Source: Trueperaceae bacterium
GTDB taxonomy: Bacteria; Deinococcota; Deinococci; Deinococcales; Trueperaceae
Length of the DNA stretch: 64,000 bases
Direction: 5' to 3'
Assembly: GCA_965213705.1 (NCBI GenBank)
Contig: OZ243913.1
Coordinates: 3,872,001-3,936,000, forward strand
Part shown: positions 28,702 through 36,380 of the stretch, piece after piece
Layout: each line of letters begins with the position of its first letter
Position numbering within the stretch: position 1 is the first letter of the stretch
Translations under genes and position numbers: made by a program
Notes under the pieces: model-generated
The model's database searches: none
Seen by the model: only the letters and a program-made list of their open reading frames with translations
What the model was told of the DNA's origin: nothing

Positions 28702-28761
28702 CGCGGGTCCGGTAGCGCGGCTCCGGTAGCGCGGCGCAGCGTAAGACTGCAGCGTAAGACT
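28696..28761. repeat. Short tandem repeats
   Basis: CGGTAGCGCGG x3 at 14-bp period, then GCAGCGTAAGACT x2. Confidence 0.85.
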
Positions 28762-28762
28762 T

Positions 28763-29086
28763 TTGTCAGAGGCCGCGCCGCATACTGGCTTCAAACGATT
28801 GGAGAAAGTCACCGTGATAGTTCCCCAGAGCGAGCCCAGCCCGGAAACCCACAAGCCCGACACCTCGGCCACGCTGCAGCAGCAGCAGATTTGGTATCAG
28901 GACACCGGCCGGCCGTCGTTGTGGCACCGCGGGGGCGAACTTATCAACACGGCGGCGCTCGCCCAGGAGGACGAAACCTTTCAAAGCAAGGACTTTTACA
29001 GCGACGTGCTCAGGGTGGTGCAAATTGTTTTTCCGCTCGAGACGGACGACTACCCGCTCAGGGTGAGAAGGGGTTCGCACTCCTGA
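28763..29086 (+). CDS. Small hypothetical protein (start uncertain)
   Basis: PSLWHRGGELINTAAL paralogous to the upstream ORF. Confidence 0.5.
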   Translation: MSEAAPHTGFKRLEKVTVIVPQSEPSPETHKPDTSATLQQQQIWYQDTGRPSLWHRGGELINTAALAQEDETFQSKDFYSDVLRVVQIVFPLETDDYPLRVRRGSHS

Positions 29087-29215
29087 GCCGCTTTTCGCCA
29101 GACAGCAAAACAATCCTAATTCGGTAACCCTGAAAAACGGCTCGAGACGGTAGGATAGAAAGACAAGCGGTCGGGGTCGAACCCCGCCGCGTCCACCCAG
29201 TCTTTCAGGAGTCCT

Positions 29216-31522
29216 ATGAGCAACTTAAAAGAAGCCCCGCCCGCTCCCGACGAGCGCGCCGTGAGCCCCAACTTCATCACCGACATCGTCGACGAGGACG
29301 TGGCTACGGGCAAGGTCAAAAAGGTCGTCACGCGCTTTCCGCCCGAGCCGAACGGCTACGCACACATCGGCCACGCCTTTGCCAGCCTCATCAACTACGG
29401 CGTCGCGACGGACTACCGCGGCCAGTTCAACCTGCGGCTTGACGACACCAACCCCGAAACCGAAAAAGAGGAGTTCGCCGCGGCGCAAATAGCGGACCTC
29501 GCCTGGCTGGGTTTGCAGTGGGACGGCCACCTCTACTACGCCTCGGACTATTTCGAGCAGCTTTACAACCTGGCGGTGCGGCTGATAAAAGAGGGCAAGG
29601 CCTACGTCGACAGCTCGTCCGAAGAGGAGATTCAGGACTACCGCGGCACCGTGACCGAGCCGGGCCGGGCGAGTCCCTACCGTGAGCGCACGGTTGAAGA
29701 AAACTTGGACTTGTTCGAACGCATGAACGCGGGCGAGTTTCCCAAGGGCGCGCACGTGCTGCGGGCCAAAATCGACATGGCGAACCCCAACATGAAACTG
29801 CGTGACCCGCTGCTCTACCGCATCTCGCACGCGCCGCATTACCGCACCGGCCATAAGTGGCACGTTTACCCGATGTACGACTTCGCGCACCCGCTCTCAG
29901 ACGCGATTGAGGGCGTGACCCACTCGCTCTGCTCTTTGGAGTTTATCGAGAACCGCGCGGTTTACGACTGGCTGGTCGAGAACCTGTTCGGCGAGCAGCG
30001 GCCTTACCAGTACGAGTTCGGGCGGCGCAGCTTGGAGTACACGGTCGTGAGCAAGCGCAAGCTCGCGGCGCTTATCAGCGGCGGCTACGTGACGGGTTGG
30101 GACGACCCGCGGATGCCGACGCTGGCCGGGTTGCGGCGGCGCGGCGTGACGAAAGAAGCGGTTCGGGACTTTGTGGGCCGCATCGGCGTGTCGCGCACCA
30201 ACCGCACCGTGGACATGGCGCTGTTGGAATACAGCCTCCGCGACGACTTGAACGCCAAAGCCAAACGGGTGATGGCGGTGCTCGAGCCCCTCAAAGTTAC
30301 CCTGACGAACTACGACGGTGAGGAAACGCTTCAAGCGCCCTACTGGCCGCCCGACGTGCCCAAAGAGGGTTCACGCACGGTGCCTTTTTCGGGCGAACTC
30401 TACATCGAGCGCGAGGACTTCGAGGAGAAGCCAGCTCGAGGCTTTCGGCGCTTGTCGCCGGGCGAGTCTGTGCGGTTGCGCCACGCCTACATCATCCACT
30501 GCGACAAGGTGGTCAAAAGCGACGCGGGTGAGGTTGTCGAGTTGCGCTGCACCTACTTAAAAGACTCCCTCGGCGAGACGCCCGCGGGCGTCAAGGTCAA
30601 GGGGGCAATTCACTGGGTTGCGGCCGAGGACGCCGTCAAAGCCGAGTTTCGCCTGTACGACCGACTGTTCACCGTACCCGACCCGGAGAACGGGGAGCGG
30701 GACTTGCTCGAGTACGTCAACCCGGCCTCGCTCCAAACCAAACGCGGCTTCGTCGAACCGAGCGTCCTCAGCGACCCGCCCGACACGCGTTACCAGTTCG
30801 AGCGGCAGGGCTACTTTTGGCAAGACCCCGAGGACTCAGGGCCGGACGCCCTCGTGTTCAACCGCATCGTCAGCCTAAAAGATTCCTGGTCCAAAACTGA
30901 ACCGGAACCCGTCGCGAGCGCGCCCAAAGTCGCTGCCAAACCGGGCGAGGTGCGCGACCCGGTGTTGGACTTTTCGCTTGAACAAAAGGCCAAGCTCGAG
31001 CAACTCACCACCTTAGGCGTCGCCCACGACGACGCGGTGCTCATCGCCGAAAATCCCAAGCTCACGCCGTTTTTCGAAGAGGCCGTGCGACACCACGACC
31101 ACCCGCAGGCGCTCGCCAACTGGACGGTGAACGACCTTCGCCGTGAACTGAGCGGTGACGACCCGAGCGAACTTGAGTTCGGCCCCGCGGACTTGGCCGA
31201 ACTCGTCGCCCTGGTCGACGACGGCACCATCAACACCCGCATCGCCAAAGAGGTGTTCGCCGAGATGGTCGTGAGCGGCCAACACCCGCGCAACATCGTT
31301 ACGGCGCGGGGTTTAGAGCAAGTGACCGATGCGGGCGCGCTCGAGCCCGTCATTGACAAGCTATTGCGGGACAACCCGGACAAGTTGGCAGCTTACCGCG
31401 GCGGCAAAACCGGCTTGATGGGCTTTTTTGTGGGCGCTGCCATGCGGGAGACCGGCGGCAGGGCGAACCCGCAACTGGTCAAAGACATGCTTGCGGAGAA
31501 GTTGGCGGGCTCGAGCGGGTAA
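29216..31522 (+). CDS. glnS: Glutamine--tRNA ligase with C-terminal Yqey domain
   Basis: TRFPPEPNGYAHIGHA, YPMYDF, SKRKL, WDDPRMPTL, FERQGYF; GatB/Yqey-like tail GFFVG..MRETGGRANP. Confidence 0.97.
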   Translation: MSNLKEAPPAPDERAVSPNFITDIVDEDVATGKVKKVVTRFPPEPNGYAHIGHAFASLINYGVATDYRGQFNLRLDDTNPETEKEEFAAAQIADLAWLGLQWDGHLYYASDYFEQLYNLAVRLIKEGKAYVDSSSEEEIQDYRGTVTEPGRASPYRERTVEENLDLFERMNAGEFPKGAHVLRAKIDMANPNMKLRDPLLYRISHAPHYRTGHKWHVYPMYDFAHPLSDAIEGVTHSLCSLEFIENRAVYDWLVENLFGEQRPYQYEFGRRSLEYTVVSKRKLAALISGGYVTGWDDPRMPTLAGLRRRGVTKEAVRDFVGRIGVSRTNRTVDMALLEYSLRDDLNAKAKRVMAVLEPLKVTLTNYDGEETLQAPYWPPDVPKEGSRTVPFSGELYIEREDFEEKPARGFRRLSPGESVRLRHAYIIHCDKVVKSDAGEVVELRCTYLKDSLGETPAGVKVKGAIHWVAAEDAVKAEFRLYDRLFTVPDPENGERDLLEYVNPASLQTKRGFVEPSVLSDPPDTRYQFERQGYFWQDPEDSGPDALVFNRIVSLKDSWSKTEPEPVASAPKVAAKPGEVRDPVLDFSLEQKAKLEQLTTLGVAHDDAVLIAENPKLTPFFEEAVRHHDHPQALANWTVNDLRRELSGDDPSELEFGPADLAELVALVDDGTINTRIAKEVFAEMVVSGQHPRNIVTARGLEQVTDAGALEPVIDKLLRDNPDKLAAYRGGKTGLMGFFVGAAMRETGGRANPQLVKDMLAEKLAGSSG

Positions 31523-31557
31523 TCAAAACGTCGCAACGGTGCCGGTTTGGATTACGT

Positions 31558-31842
31558 TCACCGGTAAATCTTTTTACTACCGGAGTGGCCGCCAATTCGT
31601 AACAGGTCGATGACATCAGGCTCACCGTAATCCCAAGCGATGCGGATGTCGCGGGTAACTTCAACGCTGAAAACTGGGTTGCCATCGCTGTCAAAAGCTT
31701 TGTGGCTTTTCAACTTCGGGTCGCGCGGATTGGTTTGCAACAGGACAAGGACCGAACGAACTTGCTCAGCAAGTTCAGGTTGTCTTTTGAGAAGCTTCTT
31801 GAGTTCGCGGGCAAAGCGTGGTTTGCGATTTAAAGTAAACAT
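31558..31842 (-). CDS. RelE/YafQ-superfamily toxin
   Basis: F.RELKKL...L..NP.DP.LKSH...DIRI......LLRIGGH; 94 aa, basic. Confidence 0.8.
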   Translation of the reverse strand: MFTLNRKPRFARELKKLLKRQPELAEQVRSVLVLLQTNPRDPKLKSHKAFDSDGNPVFSVEVTRDIRIAWDYGEPDVIDLLRIGGHSGSKKIYR

Positions 31843-31891
31843 ACCTCAAGCTTACAAGGGAGATAGGTCAGGCTTCACCGTAATTTTGAAA

Positions 31892-32170
31892 TCACTCGCC
31901 CAACGCTTCCGCCATAATCTCGTCCACGCTCATGATGCGCCCTTTCTCTTTACGGGCCTCAGTTATTTCTTGTGCCTCTTCTTTGGAGATGTCGAGCGTC
32001 GGCAAACCGTCACTCCAAGCTTGCCGCGCCGCGAGTTCGCGCTTGCGGTACAGCTCGGACAGGCCGAGTTTCAGGATTTCGGCGTAGTCGAGCGCCGGGT
32101 ACTCCCGCTTCAGCGCGTTAAGCAGCCGCTCTACGTCTTCGTTGACGGACACACGTATCGTTTTTACCAT
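31892..32170 (-). CDS. Putative antitoxin
   Basis: 92 aa, RHH-like N-terminus, acidic C-terminus, directly upstream of the toxin. Confidence 0.7.
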   Translation of the reverse strand: MVKTIRVSVNEDVERLLNALKREYPALDYAEILKLGLSELYRKRELAARQAWSDGLPTLDISKEEAQEITEARKEKGRIMSVDEIMAEALGE

Positions 32171-32278
32171 AGACGGCTATTATGGGCTGGATTCGCCTGA
32201 ATGTCAATTTCAGGTTTCAGCTTTTTCCGGTCGCTGGGCTTCGCCCTAGCGCCGACACCGAGCGGGTAAACTCGGTGG

Positions 32279-33535
32279 ATGGACACCATCGTTATCGGGG
32301 CAGGCTTGGCGGGACTCACAGCGGCGCAGATTTTGCAGCGTGCGGGCGTGGCGGTGCGCGTGCTCGAGGCCGCCCCCGACGTTGGCGGGCGCGTGCAGAC
32401 GCGTGACGTCGAGGGTTTCACCCTTGACCGGGGGTTTCAGGTGCTTTTTACCGCTTACCCGGCGGTGAAGCGCAACCTGGACTTAGAAAAGCTGGACCTC
32501 GTCACCTTCCCCCCGGCCGCCGCCATCCACCGCGGCGCGACGACGGTGCGCTTAGGCGACCCGCTGCGCGACCCCGGCAGTCTGTTCGGCACGCTGACGG
32601 CGAACGTGCTGACGTTCAAAGACCGCCTGCTCGTCGCGCGTTTGACGGTTTACATCAAAAGCCTGCCGCTGGCCGAACTGCTCGCTGGTGAGGATGAGAC
32701 CACACTGGCGTTTCTGAAAACATTCGGGTTTTCCGACGGGGCGATTCGAAACTTTTTCGCGCCGTTTTTCGGGGGCATCTTTTTGAACCGCAGTCTTTCG
32801 ACGAGCGCGCGGCTGTTTCGCTACTACTTTCGCATGTTGCTGGACGGTGAGACGACGGTCCCGCGGGGCGGCATCGGTGAGGTCACCAAGCAACTTGCCG
32901 AGGGCTTGGACGTTTCAACCGGGACGCGAGTAGAGCGCTTGGAGGCTCGAGCCGACCGCGTCACCGTCTACACGAGCGGAGAAACGTTTACAGCCAGCAG
33001 CGTCGTCGTCGCGACCGACCCGCCGGAATTACAGCGTTTGACAGGTGTCGACGCGCCCAGTGAAGCGGTGAGCAGCAGCTACCTCTATTACGCGTCGGAC
33101 ACGCAACTCGACGACGAACAACGCTTGCTGCTGAACGCCGAACCGGGCTACCTCAACAACGCCATGTGGGCCAGCAACCTCAACCCCGACCTAGCGCCGC
33201 CAGGCCGCCACCTTCTCGTCGTCACCGTGCTGGGGCTGCCGCTGGACGACGCGGGTCTCGACGCGGCCGTGCGCGGGGAACTTATGGGCTGGTACGGTGG
33301 AGCCGTCAAAAACCTCAGACTGCTCCACGTCGACCGCTTAAAGTTCGCCCAGTTCGCGCAGCCGCCGGGTTTCGTCCGGAACCTCGTCGGGCACGCTACG
33401 CCTTTGGAAAATGTGCTCGTCGCTTCGGAGGCGACGAGCAGCAGTTCTATTCAGGGAGCGCTTGCGAGTGGCGAAAAGGCGGCGGCGATTTTGCTGAACG
33501 ACACCGCCGCGCTGGCGCGGCCGCTGGGAACTTAA
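32279..33535 (+). CDS. FAD-dependent oxidoreductase (amine oxidase/HemY-like)
   Basis: IGAGLAGL..A, EA...VGGR, LDRGFQV, SIQGALASG. Confidence 0.9.
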   Translation: MDTIVIGAGLAGLTAAQILQRAGVAVRVLEAAPDVGGRVQTRDVEGFTLDRGFQVLFTAYPAVKRNLDLEKLDLVTFPPAAAIHRGATTVRLGDPLRDPGSLFGTLTANVLTFKDRLLVARLTVYIKSLPLAELLAGEDETTLAFLKTFGFSDGAIRNFFAPFFGGIFLNRSLSTSARLFRYYFRMLLDGETTVPRGGIGEVTKQLAEGLDVSTGTRVERLEARADRVTVYTSGETFTASSVVVATDPPELQRLTGVDAPSEAVSSSYLYYASDTQLDDEQRLLLNAEPGYLNNAMWASNLNPDLAPPGRHLLVVTVLGLPLDDAGLDAAVRGELMGWYGGAVKNLRLLHVDRLKFAQFAQPPGFVRNLVGHATPLENVLVASEATSSSSIQGALASGEKAAAILLNDTAALARPLGT

Positions 33536-33570
33536 AAACAGGGAACTTAAAAACGGGGGGCTTGAGCCGT

Positions 33571-34068
33571 TTAGGTTTGCACCCTCGAGTGGACCCACTG
33601 CCCCAACAGCGCCCCGACGATGCTCAGGCCGGCGGCGAGCAACATGAGTTGCAAGTTGGGCACCAGAAGAAGTGTGGGAAAGGCGAGCGGCACGAACTGT
33701 AAAACCACGGCCACAACAGCGCCGACCCCCGCCGCGACGTATTGAGCGTTCTTTTGCCCACGCTTAAAAAGCCACAACGACAAGCCGTAACCGAAAATGA
33801 AGTAGTAAGCGACCTGCACGACCAGTTCGATGGTGTTTTCAACCGGGCGCAGCGCCTGCAGCACGATAAACACGGTCGTGAAAATCGTTATCGGTCCGGC
33901 GAAACGGTAGAACAGGTCGGGCCTGCGTTTGACCGGGGCGGCTTTGGGCTCGCTCCGCTTGGTGCGGCGCACTTGCTTTTTGGTTTGCCGGGACTTTTTC
34001 GCTCTCAGTTTTTCCTTGGCTTTTTTTTCGTCCGCCTTTTCCTGGGCGCGGCGCAGTTGTCTGTTCAT
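33571..34068 (-). CDS. Membrane protein with basic N-terminus
   Basis: MNRQLRRAQEK.. Lys/Arg-rich stretch then about 4 TM helices; TATCCT 7 nt before ATG. Confidence 0.7.
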   Translation of the reverse strand: MNRQLRRAQEKADEKKAKEKLRAKKSRQTKKQVRRTKRSEPKAAPVKRRPDLFYRFAGPITIFTTVFIVLQALRPVENTIELVVQVAYYFIFGYGLSLWLFKRGQKNAQYVAAGVGAVVAVVLQFVPLAFPTLLLVPNLQLMLLAAGLSIVGALLGQWVHSRVQT

Positions 34069-34162
34069 GAACAAAAGGATACCGCACTTTGCCGCACCCC
34101 CGTGCTCGAAAGTCCCTGAAAGGATTGCGACCGACGGGAGCTGAGGTTTAAGCTGGGTCTCG

Positions 34163-35389
34163 ATGACCATTTCTCGTGCTCTTGACAGCGCACCTCGCGA
34201 CAGTGCGCCTCACGACAGTGCATCTCACGACAGTACCTCGCTCGAGGATGCACTTCTCAACCGGGCTGCCGAAACCTACGGCACGCCCCTCTACCTCTAC
34301 GACCTCGACAAGGTGAGCGCGCAGGTCGGCGCGTTGCGGGAAGTTTTACCCCAGGCCACGCTCCTCTACGCAGTCAAGGCCAACCCGAACCACGCGGTGC
34401 TCAAAACGCTCGCGGGTTTGGGTTTGGGAGCCGAGGTGATTACCCTGGGCGAACTGGAGCGCGCTGTGCGCGCCGGGATTTCCTTAAAGCAGGTTCTCCT
34501 CGGCGGGCCGCGGCAAGACCGGGACCTCGTTGCACGCGCCGCCGAACTGGGCGTCGGTCGGGTGAGCTTGGACAGTGTTTCACAGTGGCGGATTTGGCGG
34601 GAGGTGGACGCGCCCGAGGTGTGCTTTTTGCCCCGCGTCAACCCCGGTCTCGACCCCAGGACGCACGAGCACTTAGCAACCGGCGCGGCCGAGTCCAAGT
34701 TCGGCATGACGGTGGGGGAAGCTGCGGAAGTAGCCGAAGCGTTGGCGGCGCGGGAGCAACTCGGCGGTTTTCACGTCCACGCGGGTTCGCAAATCAGCGA
34801 GCTGGACGTGTACGACGAGATTTTTTCGGTGCTGGGGCCGTTGTACGAACACTTTGGGGGAGAAGAACTCGACATCGGCGGCGGCTTCGCGGTGCCGGGC
34901 TTCGACCTGAAAGGGTTTGCGGAAAAAGTTTCTAGGTTCGCCGAGCGCCACAGCCTGAAAGTCACCGTGGAGCCGGGCCGCTTTTTGGTCGCCGAGGCCG
35001 GGGTGTTGCTGAGCCGGGTACTGCACGTCAAGAGCGGCGCGCTGAACCACGTCGTCGCCGACGCGGGCATGGCCGACCTGCTGCGGCCCGGGCTCTACGG
35101 CGCGGCGCACCCGATTCGGGTGGTCGGCAAGACGGGTACGGGCTTCAGCGCCGACGTCGACGGCCCGCTGTGCGAAAACGCCGACCGTTTGGGTCGCGGC
35201 CGCGACCTGCCCAAAGTCGCGCCGGGCGACCTTTTGGTGGTCGAACAGGCCGGCGCTTACGGCTTTGCGATGGCCTCGAACTACGCGTCCTCCCTCCGCC
35301 CCGCCGAGGCGGTCTTGCAAGGAGGCAAGCTCAGACTCGTCAAAAAGAGGGAAACGGTGGACGACCTGCTGAGGTTGGAACTTGACTGA
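34163..35389 (+). CDS. lysA: Diaminopimelate decarboxylase-like (group IV PLP decarboxylase)
   Basis: YGTPLYLYD, YAVKAN, SKFG, HVHAGSQ, DIGGGF, EPGR, GPLCE, GAYG..MASNY. Confidence 0.85.
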   Translation: MTISRALDSAPRDSAPHDSASHDSTSLEDALLNRAAETYGTPLYLYDLDKVSAQVGALREVLPQATLLYAVKANPNHAVLKTLAGLGLGAEVITLGELERAVRAGISLKQVLLGGPRQDRDLVARAAELGVGRVSLDSVSQWRIWREVDAPEVCFLPRVNPGLDPRTHEHLATGAAESKFGMTVGEAAEVAEALAAREQLGGFHVHAGSQISELDVYDEIFSVLGPLYEHFGGEELDIGGGFAVPGFDLKGFAEKVSRFAERHSLKVTVEPGRFLVAEAGVLLSRVLHVKSGALNHVVADAGMADLLRPGLYGAAHPIRVVGKTGTGFSADVDGPLCENADRLGRGRDLPKVAPGDLLVVEQAGAYGFAMASNYASSLRPAEAVLQGGKLRLVKKRETVDDLLRLELD

Positions 35390-36224
35390 GGCGCTCGAGG
35401 CGGCCCTGTTACCGCTCGTCGAACCGTTTTCCGGGCGCGTCAGCGTTGCCTTGCAAAGTTTTCAGACCCCGGAGAGCTATACCCTCGACGCGACCCGGAC
35501 GATGGGCGCGGCGAGCCTTATCAAACTGCCCCTCCTCGTTCACGCGCTTTTCGAGGTAGCGCGGGGGCGGTTGGATCTTGGAAAACGCTACTCGTTACAA
35601 AACGAAGACCGGGTCGGCGGAGCGGGCGTTTTGCACGTTCTCGAGCCCGGCCTGACCCTCACGCTGCACGACCTGCTCACCCTGATGATCGTCGTCAGCG
35701 ACAACACCGCGACGAACCTCGTGTTAGATATTTTGGGGCTGGACGCGGCCAACGCGTTCGTCCACAACCTCGGCATGGCGCAAACAAAACTCGTCGGGAA
35801 ACTGCAACTTTCTGAAGAGCGGCAGAACGAGGCCCAACGCCGGGGAATGCGCAACGCGACCTGTGCGGCGGACGTGTTGGGATTGCTGGTGCGGCTCGTG
35901 CGGCGCGAACTGCTGCCCGACGCGCTCACTGACACCGCCCTCGCCATTCTCAAAAAGCAGCAGTTCACCGAAGCCCTGGCCCGCTACTTGCCGACCGACG
36001 TGGAGCTGAATCCGGAGCACGTAACCGTGGCGAGTAAGAGCGGCTGTTTGCGGGGCTTGTGGCACGACGCGGGGATAGTCTACAGCGCCGCCGGGACGCC
36101 TCTTTACAGCCTCGTCGTAATGACCGAAGGCTCTGCCGACCGCTCGTACAGTTTCGAGCAAGAAGGCGTGATGCTGATCGCGCGGCTCTCTGAGCGCGTG
36201 TACAACCTAGTAAAAGCTGTTTGA
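35382..36224 (+). CDS. Class A beta-lactamase-like serine hydrolase
   Basis: SxxK (ASLIK), SDN, KSG motifs; no signal peptide. Confidence 0.85.
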   Translation: MTEALEAALLPLVEPFSGRVSVALQSFQTPESYTLDATRTMGAASLIKLPLLVHALFEVARGRLDLGKRYSLQNEDRVGGAGVLHVLEPGLTLTLHDLLTLMIVVSDNTATNLVLDILGLDAANAFVHNLGMAQTKLVGKLQLSEERQNEAQRRGMRNATCAADVLGLLVRLVRRELLPDALTDTALAILKKQQFTEALARYLPTDVELNPEHVTVASKSGCLRGLWHDAGIVYSAAGTPLYSLVVMTEGSADRSYSFEQEGVMLIARLSERVYNLVKAV

Positions 36225-36380
36225 GTTCGTCCCAGACGCAAACATCGGCCAAAGGTCGGCGTGGCTAACATTACTTTTCGGTTCGGCGCTTATCATGGGT
36301 TGACCGGAGGTTATGGACCGGCGCATTTCTTCGTTGTAGGTTCGGCACCTCTAAAAACTTAAACACGTCTGGGGGACAGC

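Noticed and set aside
28696..28761. Mini-CRISPR
   Set aside because: Units of 13-14 bp without unique spacers; simple tandem duplication.
35382..36224. Bona fide antibiotic-resistance beta-lactamase
   Set aside because: No signal peptide and the motifs only establish the fold; resistance cannot be inferred.
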